Origin: Chrysomallon squamiferum
Taxonomy: Eukaryota > Animalia > Mollusca
Assembly (NCBI GenBank): GCA_012295275.1
Contig: CM022673.1
Span: 4,402,001 to 4,466,000 of the forward strand
Direction of reading: 5' to 3'
Length of the DNA: 64,000 nt
The notes under the pieces were generated by a model. That model saw nothing but the letters and a program-made list of their open reading frames with translations, made no database searches and had not been told where the DNA came from. The first letter of the stretch is position 1. The number at the start of each line of letters is the position of its first letter. Both the position numbers and the translations under genes were made by a program. Below are positions 49,868 through 64,000 of this stretch, one piece after another.

Positions 49868-52800
49868 GATTTTCCAATGTGTTTGTATTATAAACAATAA
49901 TTATAATGGTAATAATCAAGACATTCTGCTGTTGAACTGTAACAGACAAAGTCATTGGTCAGTTGGTTGTGTTCATTGCGAGACTGACCAATCTGCAATC
50001 TGAATATAGGAGTGCCTTGGCTGCCTTTTTCAGATGTGTTTTCAGTTATCCAAGATGGACAACTTCAAGAGATTTGGAAAGAAAAAAATCTTATATGTGT
50101 GCGTGTATGTTTGGATCTATTTTTTCTAATCCTTTTTTTTCTTTTTCCCACTTGTTTCCAAATTCTTGATTTTTTTTTATTCTTTTTTTTTTCTTATCTT
50201 GCTTTGCCAAAGATTATTTCCTGTGTGCAGTAATAAAGTTGCATTATCTTTGCAGATGTGTTTTTCATGATGCCCGGAGTTACTTCCCTTATGTGTTACT
50301 GGCTTTCTTTCTTTTTTTTTTTTTTTTTTTTTTTTTAGTGATCTCTTCTTGGTTTCCATACATATCATTCTTTCAAACTGATAGCATTGTTTGCAATCAT
50401 TACCGAAAGCATGCCATGTATTATAAATATAATAATAATAATAATAAGGATATATAACAAGTTATATTTGAACTTGTATCCATGTTATATACATTGTGAT
50501 TGACTTGGCTTGATGTCCTGTTTCCCCATAACAGTTAAATATCGCAGATTTAAATATATAGCTGTATATCTTTCAAAATTCAGTTTGCGTTGCTTATTAC
50601 AAGAATAATACACATGAGCTAGAAGTGTGTCAGTGGAATTGTTTTCCACGTAATAATGTAGAATATCCATTTAAAATTTAAATATATATTTCTAAAATTA
50701 CAAATGTCTATTCTTTTTCTTCTTCTTCTTTTTCTCCTTCTTTTTGTTATAATTATTATTATCATCATAATCATTATTTATTGCTGTTATCATTATTATT
50801 AATACTGTTATTATTTGTCATATAAATAATATTGCACAAAGGGTATAAATGCTTATGAAATTAAATGCCACACAAATAAAATACATGTACAATATATTTT
50901 TTAATATTTTAGCATACTTGTATGTATAGAATAAGTATTTATATTTGACAGAATAGGAAAGTTAGATATCTATCTGTTGTGGGGAAACCATTGAGCCTTA
51001 AAAGAGCTAACACATGGATTATTATATATAGGTATTAAAATATAAATAATAGGCATGAGTGTGCAATTGTATAATTTTTATTTTTATTATATTTTGTATT
51101 ATTATTATTATTATATTTCATTTTTTTTTTTTTTTTTTTTTAAATGCTTGTAGTATATACCAAGCTAGTTACATACTAACATTTCTATCATGCAAATCCA
51201 GCATTCCATTCATACAGGAAGCAGATGATGAATTGTGGATGATGATAATGATGATGTTGATGATATTGATTATTTTTAAATTAATATATTCTAATATATG
51301 ACACTGGGTTCCTCTTCTGCTTTCAGTTTCTTTTCATTGCCTGTTTTGTTTACATTATTGTTGTTATTATTATTACTACTGCCTAGTAATAGTATTAAAA
51401 TCTCTTTCTTTTTCTTTTTTCAATACTTCAAAAAAATAATTTAATTGTGAATTAGTCTTTAGAGTGGTATTTGATAATATTACACTGAAATACAGTCATT
51501 ATTTTCTGTATTCATGATTTTATGAAATTATTTTCATCAACTGTTTTGTGTGAATTGAAGTCAAAGCTTAATGAATACTGCACTGTAAAAACTGCTGTCA
51601 TACTTAATTAGCATTCAGAAAGGTTAATATTACATTTGTTCAAGATTTTCACTTTTAATAATTATTTAATTTCAATATATTGTGAAAAAAATATGTAGAG
51701 TTCTGAACATAAAGTTTCACTAGTGATTTTATTTTTAAAAGAATTTTTATTTTTATTTTTTTAATGATTATTTTATTAAGTTAAATGTTTATTATGTTTA
51801 AAAATATAATATACTCAATAAAAGAAAACTGTTATATTAATATTTTGGAAAAAGAAATTTTACCAAAATGTTTAAAATAATTCGCTAACTCCTTTGTCTC
51901 TGTTCACTCTCTGTCTCATTTGAGAAACTGATTTATTTTATTTCCATGATGTTTATTTTTATTCTTCATTATTAACTTTGCAGATGTGTTAATTAAATAT
52001 TGTGTAATGCTTCTGCTTATAGTTTCCCTTCAGCATGATGGCAGTTTTGTGAAATCAGTTTTTATAAAATGCATTCACTTACCTACAGTTGTGTTTTTTG
52101 TTTTTTGGGGGGTTTTTTTCTTATAAATGAAATAATTTGTTGTAAGTGAACAGAAATATAATAAATTATACCGACTTCACACTTTTGGCACTACAGTAAT
52201 TTAATATAATGTGGAGATTCTGTGGATGTTTATAGTTTGCTAATAAAATAGTTATATTTTAATGAAAGAGAACAGATGCACTGAAGCTTTCAAAAAGAAG
52301 AAAAACAATGGTATTGTTTGTAGAGACATATAAATAACAACCTATAGATATGTATTCTGTTTTGTTTGAGAATTTAAGAATAAAGCTTTTAATCTTTGTT
52401 ACAAAATCCATACCTGTTTCACCTAAGTATAAGAATGTATTTACTACTAATAAAATTATTTAAGAAAATAAATTTAACACTTCATGAATAGCTAAAATCA
52501 CATGGATATAAATTACTAACTTTGATCTTTGATTATATTTATTTTTAACAATTTTTCAGTTATTTTTCATTTAGTTTTCTCATAAGTAAAATCAAGGTCA
52601 AGGTTGTGGGTTCTAATCACTGCTATATGTTGATTTCATACATGTAAATATGATTACATATGTTCATATTTGGAAACACGTGTATAATGATAAATTAAAA
52701 ATTGTGTGGTACATAAATTTGTCTCTTTATCCATCTCCTTTTGCCTGGTTTGTATTTTTAACTTCATCTTTTGACTTTTTAAATTTTTTGTTATTTATTT

Positions 52801-53053
52801 TTATTACATTTTTTTTTGCCATCGACAGTAAAGAAATATAATATAAAGAGTGAAAATATTTCTAATCGGGTTGAACTGATACTTGTATATTAAAAGATTT
52901 TTTTTTGCTGTTAAATGTTTAGCCTCAATAAGCTGGCCATTGCATCAATAAAATATTGAAATCTCTCCATTTTTTATTTTATTTTTCTGTTCAAAATAAA
53001 AGCTTAAAAATTTGCTATATTGATCTGAAAAGGAACGAAATATATATTAACAA

Positions 53054-53055
<2 letters not shown>

Positions 53056-53143
<88 letters not shown>
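53056..53143. repeat. (CT)n microsatellite
   Basis: Direct inspection. Confidence 0.97.
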
Positions 53144-53152
<9 letters not shown>

Positions 53153-53689
53153 ATCTATCTATTTCTTTCTTTCTACTAGACTCATAATGGATTCCCATCA
53201 TTCATTAACCTGCACACCAAGGATTCATATTCCATAGTTCCTTTCCTTTCCCTTTGTCCCCCCAAAAAAATATTTTTCAGGATTTCATTATATTTAGTCA
53301 GGAGGCCTTGTCTTTTGAGTCTTTATTCATGGTGCTTTTCATAGAAGTGACTTTTTACTGCTTTTTATTTTAGAATTCATGCTGATCTATTTCAGCTGTG
53401 CTGCTTAATTTATACTGTGAATGAATTGTTATGCTGTGTTGTAAAAAGTTTAACTTGAGCCAAGCCCTAGAAAGGTCAGTTACGTTTTGTTAGGTAATGA
53501 GAACAAAATAAAATAAAACAATTAGCTGCCAGTACCAATACAACAGAATATGGAGTTTTCAAAGCCATAAAATAATAAAAATAGAAAAATATATTTAAAG
53601 ACTGAACAGTTACTGCTTCATATTCATTTTCAAATGTTTTGAAAAACAGTTTATTTGATAACGCATTATTAAAGAATCACTATATCTTT

Positions 53690-53758
53690 AACTTACCTCT
53701 GACACCCAATAGTCAATTGTTTTATCTTCTGGGGTGTCATTAAACATTAATTCATTCT
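53690..53758 (+). mobile_element. SINE/LINE 3'-tail-like fragment
   Basis: A stem tgacaccc...gggtgtca is followed by ttaaacatt and an (attc)-like tail, the layout of a stem-loop plus simple-repeat retroposon 3' end. Confidence 0.4.
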
Positions 53759-56700
53759 GAAATAAATCATGTTAATTGCTAAATGTATCCTGTTATTAAG
53801 TGTATAAATTGCTATATTAAATATATGTATCGGTATTTACTAGTTCAGTAATAACATACAAATATTCAACAAATAAAAAATGTAATAAATGTTTTCTTTT
53901 TATTCTTTCTTTCCCAAAATGTTTGTTTTAATCATACCAAATGTTTTGTTATTATATGCAAATTTGTTCAATATCATTTTTCCTCATTTCAAAATATATA
54001 TATATTATTATTATTATTATTATTACTATTAAAATGAGAAACAATATAAATTTATACATTAAAAATTATATATATATAAATATATATATAAACATGTGTA
54101 CAATAACCTTCTATATTTGTACTGGTGTGTTTACTAATTGAAATTACTGAATATAAACTGACATCAAGTAATTTCTTTCATTTTCTGTATTAGCCCAACT
54201 ATTTCACAGCTTAATTTAAATTATAAAAAAGCAACTGAGAAAATAAGCATTTAACAATTTCAAATCAAACATTTTCAGGATTACATGTAATTACTTTTTA
54301 ATTAAATTTCAATCTGGAATAATTCTGAAGTTCCTTATCTGAATTATAAATTTAATAGCTTCAGTTCTCAAGGCTTGTAGAATATAACTTAAGACCAAAG
54401 ATATTGATTTTGAAGGAGTTTTATTGTTAACAAAACACAAATTGCAATATTTTGGCAAGTGATAAAAGATTTTCAGTAGTTTACCCAAGACATTATGGAC
54501 TGCAGAATCAGTCTTTGCTGATAAAAATTTAACTCTTTCCTATTCTAGCCAATGCTCCAAAAATACTGAAGACTGTTGTATATGTTTTCCAGTCTGTTGA
54601 TATCTGTTCAGCATGGAATAATAATTTTGAAATGTACTGCGATATCTTTAAAGTTTAAACAAATAATTATCATTCTGTTTACATTGCAATCTTGTGCTTT
54701 AATTTTGTTTATTTCCTTCTTTATTTTTTCTACTTCTTTCTTTCTTTTCCCATATTTCTTAAAAAATAAATTAAACATATTTTATTTCATTTCCATTTAA
54801 TATAGACTGAAATTAATGCATTTCCAGTTTACAGCCAATATGTCCAGTGAATTCATTAACATTCATCTCTAATTATGAAGTTTTGATTATCTTAGCTTAC
54901 AAAAAGCCCTATTACAATACTTAATTGTGGATAAACTGATTGACTACAGATTTTCTGAACATGAATTTTAAATTCTGTAAAATAGTAATAATTAGTCACT
55001 CTAAAAAAGAAAAAGAATAGATCCTATTTAAAAAATCCAGATAACATTACTTACATTTGCCATTGAATATTCATTAAACAGGAGTTTATGATTTTATTGT
55101 TAGATTTGGTGTGTTTTTTTTTTTTTTTTTTTTTTTAATGTGATTTCTTATGGATGTTTTCTTCCTGCACCAGTTTAAACTGCAAATAACTCGATTTCCA
55201 CATACAGCTATTAAACTTTTATTCCTCCAAATTCACATGGGACCATGTTGACAGCTACTGATCTGATGTAAAATAACAAAAACCTTAATACCAGTGAGCA
55301 AAGCTTCATCTTGACAAATGATTTTACAGTCTATTTGTTTGTTTTGTGTGCAGATTTTCATATCATTTTCTATCGAAACTGAACCTGAACCTAAAAAAAA
55401 ATAAAAAAACACAACAAAAAAAAAAAATGACTACAAAACACATACTGTTGTATTGTGCATATTTTAAATGTTTGTCAAATTTTCACAAAACCAGATTTTA
55501 TTTAATCTAGAGTGTTAAAAAAAGTAATTATATGTCAGTCTTGATAAATTATTTTACTTTCTTCAAGTGGAATTTTTTATTTTGTGTGTGTTTTTGAAGT
55601 TTTTCTGCAAGAAAGGAAATTTTGCCAGAAGAATAACCAATTTTTAAAACTGATTATTATACTGTGCAAACATTTAAATTTTAACATTTCTTTTTTTCAG
55701 ACAACATTCAACGGTAGAATATGGTGTTAAATTTTTCTCTTTTTTTTTTTCCTTTTTTTTTAAACATTTTTAGATCTGTAAGAGATAAAAAGTACAATTT
55801 AAAATTCTGAATAATGTTAATAGTGTCTATTTATTAACAGATGTATAAATAAAAACATACCTATTTGATTTCTGAATGATCCTGTTAACTCATAAATGTA
55901 AAAATAAAAATTAAAAGATTTCAAGACTGAAATTGTTATTGATCATTCTAGTAATTACAAAAATGAAATCTTTTACTTGGCTGCTTTCTGAAAACTTAAT
56001 TTTCAAAATTAATCCACTTCAAAGATTTTTTTAATATTATATATTTTTTATTCATTTATTTTTATTTTGTTTCACTGTTTTATCAGTTTCCGTTTTTATT
56101 AATGAACAAGGACTTGCACAATTCAATCTTTCTCTATTATTTAATTTAAAAAACAGTGAGAACGTTTGTATCATAAAACTATTTCCAATTAACTTTTTCA
56201 AATGTCACAAGAGGAAAAATAAACAACTTACATTGGCATGTTTAATTTTATAGGGCTGATGTTTTTATTTTTTATTTTAGTTCTTAAAAGCTTCACTGTT
56301 GTGATAAGTGTGGGCTTTTCTATTAGCAACACTGTAAAATTAATATAATAAACAAAACAAATATATAAATAATAACAAAAATTATAAATATGAATGCTGG
56401 TTTTGTGCAAATAAATACTGCTTGCACAACAGTGAAAATGTTTTGTGAATAATCCCAAAGCTTGGTTGTTGAAAATAATTAAATATATATATATCTGAGA
56501 ACTGTGGTTTTGTTGTTTTTACACAATGAATATTATATTGTTTTTAATTTTTACCTTTTCATCACAAATTCTTTATTGAAGATGAAAGCAATATTCAGTT
56601 CATTGTATTTTCATTAATAGTATAGAGCATGTTTGTTACATTGAACACAAACTGAAGACCAGCTTGCTAAGATATACTCAAGACAGTTAATATCATTTCT

Positions 56701-57090
56701 CAAATGTTGAATGTGCAATGGCAGAACACAAAAATATGTCTTGGTAAAAACTGTTAAGTAATCCAATCAATGGAATGAACATTGTGGACATGATTTCTGT
56801 AACTTATTCTCTCTTTTCATAAAAAATGGATGCATGTATATATGAATTTAGGTGTTTAAGTTTAGTATGAATAAAAGCAGGTTATTTCAACCTAAAAATA
56901 TTTTTTTTACAAATTCAACACAAATTTTATTTCAAATGTAAATATTTTAACAATAATTGTAGTAAATTACTTTATACTAATAAAAAATTTAACAAAAACC
57001 AAAAACCATTTTTATTTCACAACTAAAATATCAGAAAAGTACTTTTGATTTACTACATATATGAAATAAAAATAATACAGATTTTTTATT

Positions 57091-60000
57091 TCACACAATG
57101 TCATTTGAAACCCAGGCATAATGATGATCACAATGGAGATTATTTAAAGTTTTCATGTCTTTGTCACTAAGTTCAAAATCAAAAATTTCTATATTTTCTT
57201 TAATCCTCTCTGGATGAACTGACTTTGGCAACACACCTGAAAAAAACCAGTTAAAAATAATTAATATTAAATAACAAGTCAGTAATTCAGGATATTAATC
57301 TGGAAATAATTAGAAATAAAAACCTTCTCTTATTTAATCAAGTTGGAAGAATTTTATGTTATTGTCCTTAAAAAAGAAATTTTCTCTTCTTGATAATAAT
57401 AAATTTTAATTTTTTTTTATTATTTATTATTTATTATAATCATTTTTAATTATTTCTTGTTTTAAAAAAGATGAAATATTTCAATTTATAAATTTAAAAA
57501 TATTTGAAGAAAAGTCATATTTAACATTATCTTCCTTCAAACACATCTTTTCTTCTTAAATTTTTAAAATTATTTATTATACTTTTATTTTATTATTATT
57601 TATTTCTAGTTTAGAAAAACTACATCATTACTAACCATATCCTTGTTGTACAGCCCATCTTAGTAGAACCTGAGCTGAAGATTTGTTGTATGTTTTGCCA
57701 ATGTCCTTTATTACAGGTAAATTCAGTAACTGAATAAACAAAACAATGATAAAATTTAACATTATATTTCTTTACCATGAAATGCCCAAAACTATCATGC
57801 CTTTTAAATAAGTAAATAAAAACCTAGAAAATATATTTAATTGTATTATATATCATATAGAAATTTTTAAACTACATTTCCAATAACTTTTTTTTATTAA
57901 CTTCATAAGGTAATAATTTGTATTCAAGTCATATGAAAATTTAAACTGATTTATTTCTCAAGCTATCGTCGTTTCGTCCTTTTTAAATGCTTTAAATTAC
58001 CTCCCTTGAGGATTATAATTCTTTTTAAAACATTTAGCTCACCAGTTAATCGAATTGTTATTCCAGTGCACATTAAACTGATATTAAATAAAGATTTTTT
58101 TTAATCTGTATTTTAATCTGCACCAAGAAATAAATATATATCTACTTTTAATCCTTTTTCAAAATTAGATTTATAAAAAAAAAAAGAAAAAAAAAAGCAT
58201 TAGACAAGCACAGAGACACATGCACACAAATACACATTAAAAATAAATAATAAATATATAAAAGAAAAACGTGTGTGTGTGTGTGATTGCATTTGTCTAT
58301 GTGTTTTCTATTTACCTCTGTATGTTGGCTAGTGCCCAGAGAGGAATATGCTTGGAAGTGAATTTCATGTGACTTGCAGAATGCTGCCAGTGATGCCTGG
58401 TTTATGTGAGGGTGACACTCAATCTGTAAAACTGCAGGTTTCACCTCAGCATGGCCAAGCAATTCAGTTATGTGACGTTCTAGGTAGTTTGAGATTCCTA
58501 TTGATTTAAGCTTTCCTGGAAAAATATTTGAAAATATTATTGACAATACTGTTAGTTTAAAAAAACAAAACAAATTAAAACAAATAGTATTATTATCGTG
58601 TGTGAAGTTAAAAATAAATATTTATTCAGAAAAATGTGCACAGATGTTGTTTTTGCATAATATGGAAAGACAACACTGTCATGAATATGTCATTGTCATT
58701 TTGCACATGTATTCATTTGCATGTCTGTGTTTATTTATAGCTTAAATGTAAAACATAAAGAACATATTTTCTGATTACAGAATACATTTAAAATTTTAAA
58801 CTGTATATTAGAACAGGGAAGAATTTCAAAGATAATATTTTCATCACTGAACTGAATAACAAATAAATAAATCAAATTAATCAACTAATTTAACAATTAC
58901 AATCTCTGAAATGAAATGCGAAAAATAGAGAGAATTTTTTATTAATGTTTCTTTAGTTAAATTTTAATTACACAGACTGAAATAATAACCCAGTTGAACA
59001 ATTATAACAAAATGTTAAATTTAAATTGTCACTAAACAGAAAGACAGAATTTATTAGAGTTAAAATTTCTGCAGGATAATCTCAGTCAACTGACCCTCAT
59101 TGTAAAGTTTCTCCATGTCCTGCCAGCTCTGCTTTCTCATGTCTTGTTGTCTGACGTCATCTGGTTTCATACCCTGCACACCTGGCCAGTGGATTAAGTA
59201 CAAATCTAGATAATCCATCTGTAGATTCTTCAGAGATTCAAGACATGCATTGTAACAGGTCCCTCTGCCATGGTCTGCTGGAGCTGAAATGATAGTTTTT
59301 CTTTTAGCTTTGTTTTAAACTTCTTTTTTTATTACATTTTTTTTTTTTTTTTTTGGCTCCTTCAATATTTTTTTCACAGCAGAAACATTAAAAAAGCAAA
59401 ATTCAGTTCTTCTTGATATCATGATTACATTCCACCATTTGTTTTCTTCAAACTAAAAAAATTAAAATTCAAGATGGATTCCTGTGCTCTTTTTTACTTT
59501 TACATGTAAAATGTATATGTGTGTGGAAATTCACAGGAAATTGGGATTTATATTTTACCTGTGAATATAATTATAATAATCAAATTTAGTAAACAATAGC
59601 AGTATGGATTAAAGGCATTTCATTAATATTATTATAGTTATTATTTTCATCGTTATTATTATTAGTCTGTATTATTTTATATTTTAATTTTTTTTTTCCC
59701 CTTTGTTTTTCTAACCACTTCAGTTTTATTTTATTTATTTAAATTTATAAAAATCAGATTTAAATTTACCCAGTTTTGATGTAATAAATATGTCCTCTCT
59801 CTTTAGTCCATATTTAGGAAGAAGTTGTTTTAGTGCAGAACCAATGTCTGCTTCATTTTTATACACTGAGGCAGTATCTGTTGAAAAATCACAAAGTTCT
59901 TTACTGACATGAAATGTATGTATTTATGTAAAGAAAGAGATGCACAATATATCATCATTACAAATCACAATCAAAAAAGAAAAGAAGAAAAAATCAAAAG

Positions 60001-60528
60001 AAACATTAATAAAAAGAAAGCAGTAATTTTACTGAGTAAAATATAAAAAATATAAAAAAAAACTTCTAAAGATTTATTTTATAACACAAAAATCAAAATT
60101 AATAAGGCTTTTTGTTTGTTTGTTTGTTTGTTTTTTTTTTTTTTTTTTAAGTATTTAAAAGAAAATTAGTAAAAAAACAAAACAAATTACCAATAGATCT
60201 GTAGCCAGCGGCAAATGCTGCATCCAGGCATTCTTTAACAGTTTTTGTTCCTTGTATTTTGTAGGTTCCAACTGAAATGTTCAAAATAAGTATAACGACA
60301 AACTGACAATATTAATCTTTAAATATTAAAAGAACAAAACAAAGCTAAAAGCCATTTGACATTAATTCCAACCGCGCCCCCAAAAAATAATAAAAAGAAA
60401 AAGAAATAAAATAAATATTGTTGTTTATCAGACGTGGTTTTCGTGGTTGTCTAACTTTAGATATACTTACAACCAATAATAGGCATTAATTTTCCAGTGT
60501 TTAACAGAATTAGTCGTTCACATCCCAT
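57091..60528 (-). CDS. Aldo-keto reductase (AKR1-5-like; glyoxal reductase/prostaglandin F synthase-like), ~291 aa, 7 exons
   Basis: Minus-strand exons 60528-60471, 60271-60191, 59877-59770, 59283-59095, 58515-58316, 57729-57636 and 57236-57091 total 876 nt in frame. Motifs: [29 protein letters not shown] (catalytic D and Y), [10 protein letters not shown] (K), LDLYLIHWP (H), [51 protein letters not shown]. Confidence 0.93.
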
Positions 60529-61559
60529 ATTTCTGATGCTTTTCACTATAATAAAAACGATTTTATATATTTTATTTTCTAAAACAATTAAAAAATAGAT
60601 TATTTTATAAAACAAATCATTTTTTAAAATTTCACGACTTCCAGGTATGGTTAACTTGCAGAAATCTTGATTATCTCCCTTATTTGACCTGTTAGTTCAT
60701 AGGTAATCGGCTAAACATTTTTGTGAAATTATTCAAACTGTATTTTGTTATTCATTTGAAATAGAAAAGACATGTACTTGATGGATATTTCTACAATGTT
60801 TTTATTATTATTTACCATATATTTATTTTAACAGAATCATTAATTTTGCACGTTTCTTACAGTAAATTAAATATAAGCCTATTTAACAGTAACTAATAAA
60901 GAAATAAAGGAAAAATGGGAATAAAAACATTCAAAAGTCAGGATACATAAATAGTGTCCTGATATTAATTTGGTTTGTTTGTTTCTGTTCCTGTTCAATT
61001 TTCTTTTGTTAATATGTGTATATCTGGGTATGTATTATTGTATGAATGTTTTTGTATGTGCGTGTGTGTTTTGTATGTTTAAAATTTCATATATAGGTAT
61101 ATATGTATAGATCTGCGTATGCATTTATGTATGTTTGTCTATCTGTATTTTTATCTGTATTTTTGTATTTTTATGTTTTTATGTATGTTTGTATGCATGT
61201 ATGTATGCAACTGTGCGTGGGTGTGCACTGATACATAAATGTTAGCGAACTCCATGAATGTTACATCTCCTGTATGTTAATATCTATTTATACTATAAAT
61301 GAATTAGACGATACATCACAGCTAATACAGCACATAATAATATTTATTTTTAAACCAGTATATGTGTGTGTGTTAGTATATATATATCGCACCTCGTTTT
61401 TTGAAATTTTAGATCTACCCCAATTACTATTCTTGATATCAATTCAGATAGAAAGCAGTGAATGTTACGTCTGCCTAATTTATTGTCACTATTAGAAATT
61501 ACATTTTCGTTATAGCGAATCTTATTCGTAAAGGCGTACATTCTGTGTCACCATGACAG

Positions 61560-61740
61560 TAAGCTGTCTAGAATATATTGACTGGACAGTAATTTGACGT
61601 AAGGTGTTTGGACTGAACACTACATTTGTCTAGATATACTGGCCGGACCGGAAATTGTCTAGAAAACATCGACTGGATAGAAAATACAGTCGTATCTTAA
61701 ATTGACTAGAAAATGCTATTTGGATCGCAAGTTGAATAGG
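61560..61740 (+). repeat. Degenerate minisatellite upstream of the AKR gene
   Basis: Recurring tg(t/a)ctaga(a/t)a..at.gactgga..g.aa units occur near 61566, 61627, 61656 and 61702. Confidence 0.55.
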
Positions 61741-63311
61741 AAGTGGCAGTTGAATCATGAATCAATTAAATTTTAATAAATTAAATTCCGTTCAACCGAC
61801 ATTAGGATTTAAAAATCAGTAATCTTGCAGCTAGCGTTCACGAGATGATTGTCAGTACATATTTTACTGAATATTTCCCAGCGATTTTATATTTTCTGCT
61901 AGTTCCAATTTTTTTAAATTAAAAAAAACCCACAAAAAACACAACAACCCAAAACCCCAATGAAAACAAAGTAATCCAGTCAAAAATATGAATAACAGTA
62001 TAAATTCTTTATTTGACTGCATACATATTTCTGTTGTTGGGAGATTGTTTATGAATACAGTATATGGATCCAGATTTACCAATGTTTTATTTTATTTTAT
62101 TTTATTTATCTTGACACATTCAGGCTTTAAATTTACCTCAACCCATATTCGTAGCTCACAATTTTTTGTATGGTTTTGCAGCAGTGGGGGGGGGAATGAG
62201 AAGTTATTTATTTTATAGTGCAACACGTTTCGTTTACTCTCAGAAGAGTCCCTGCCCATTTCTCAAAGTTTGTTTCCACATCTTTAACTGTTTTGCGACT
62301 GATCATCAGTCAACGAACGGTCTCCAGTCGCAATTACCCGTCGAAACAGCAATGAAGTGACCGGACATGATAGCTAACTGAACATCTTTCAACAGTGAAC
62401 GAGATTCAGATCGTAAATTCACTCCTATTACAGTCCTGTAAGCACTGATTACGGGCGGCAGAGTAATCCAGATTAGCCAGTATACAGACTTTTGTCAAAT
62501 GTGTCAGATACTGTAATCATGTCGGTGACGTCAGAAAAGGAAACAAACATTAACACTTTAGAAAAAAGTAAAGAAGAAGAAAATGGGGGGGGAATAGGGG
62601 AAAGAAAGAAAAGAAAAGAAAAGAAAAAAGAAAGAAAGAAAGAAAAGAAGAAGAAAAAGTGAACGAAAATAAAAAATAATCTATTTACAGTATTATTATA
62701 TCAGTTATATCCTTTGTGACCGACCTGTACGTGAGAATGAAATAATAAATAAAATATTTATCTTTTTTTCTTCTAATCTCTTAGGCTCAAACGTGTTGAA
62801 AATACACCAGGGTTAACTGCCTAGCAATGGGTTCCTACTGAAAGGGGGAGTTAAAATTCATTCCTTGCACAGAGGTAATTATGTTAATAAAATTAAAAAC
62901 ATTTTTCTTAATGTGTAACTGTTCTTACTTTTACAGATATTCAAAATATTATTTATATAATAATATTAATAATCTGAAGTTTATGATAGAAAAAATATTT
63001 TTTTATCTTCACTTTTTTCCTTTCTTACTTTGGAATATATGTATTATAAGAAAGAATGAAAAAATATGTGTATGTAAATATTATACATATACATGAGGCA
63101 GGGGGAGCAACCACAGAGCTAGTCTATCATTTTTCTTTTGTTATTCGACATTTATATATTTCATTTATTTATCTATTATAGATTCTCTATAGTGATGTTC
63201 ATACCGCCTTGTTGTCATATCCACCACCATGACACCTCACCATAAACAGTTTTCAATATATTTTTATATTATTTATCATTATTATTATAATAATTATTAT
63301 TATTATTATTT

Positions 63312-63344
<33 letters not shown>

Positions 63345-64000
63345 GGTCTGTCCCCAACACAACGAATATTAAAAAAAGGGGGGAAAAAAAACACACACAC
63401 ACAAAGAAGATGTTTCTTACGTCTTATGTATTCAGTATTAAATCAAATGACAGTTTCCCAGTGCGCTGTGCCTTTTGTGGAATGAAACAGTTTAATAACT
63501 TTCCGTTGCAGGCGGACACCGTAGATTTCACCACATCATTATACCTAGATGTATAAATTACCTTACTACGAAGAGTTCAGTTGCGTCTGACGTAGGCATA
63601 ACTCCGGCAAACGTGGCATGAGAGTTATCTTTAATTCAAGTATATATATCTTTGCATAAACGAAAAAGAAATATCTGGAATACTTCCATGATTATTTTAT
63701 TTATTTTTTTATTTATTTATTTTAATTATTTCTTTCCCATGGCCGCTGAAATTGGCGTGGTACGTGCTGCGGCCATCGCTTCGATAATTCAACCTGCTGG
63801 GATCGCCGTCAAATTATGTTTTTACCAGTTTACAAAATTGTATTTGTATTGTATTTGTATACAAATCAGTCCCGTCATTATAGATTAATATTAAATTTGT
63901 TTACAGATCGAAATAATTAATATTCCTGCCATGATAAATAACGTTCATTCTTTTTAACATCGATACATTTTATCACAGTCGAATTTTTTTTTAATAATAT

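Noticed and set aside
63450-63630. Possible coding exon (plus strand ADTVDFTTSLYLDV* after ttgcag, or minus strand ending at gtaatt)
   Set aside because: No recognisable homology and no partner exons could be joined within the window.
1-64000. tRNA, rRNA or prokaryotic-type systems
   Set aside because: I recognised no cloverleaf, rRNA-like, operon or CRISPR structure by eye. Small snoRNAs or miRNAs in introns cannot be excluded without Infernal/Rfam.

Overview
AT-rich, intron-containing animal genomic DNA with many microsatellites. It is probably a mollusc (gastropod-like), which I infer from protein style and SINE-like fragments and cannot prove. By manual splicing (GT-AG sites, phases checked) I find five protein-coding genes: (1) the 5' end of a secreted phospholipase B1-like GDSL lipase (minus strand, runs off the left edge); (2) head-to-head with it, a 4-exon ~1015-aa gene whose N-terminal part is a catalytically eroded Crypton-type tyrosine-recombinase (DUF3504) domain, i.e. 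a probable domesticated transposon; (3) a 10-exon PNKD/glyoxalase-II-like hydrolase; (4) a 12-exon LRRFIP gene with an alternative 3-kb acidic terminal exon; (5) a 7-exon aldo-keto reductase (minus strand). The most interesting items are the domesticated Crypton gene and the long LRRFIP isoform. That isoform carries adjacent PxIxIT-like and FFAT motifs and ends in a basic amphipathic tail, which suggests a membrane-contact-site tether. A decayed repeat array inside LRRFIP intron 7 is also unexplained. Most short ORFs in the supplied track are microsatellite or antisense artefacts.
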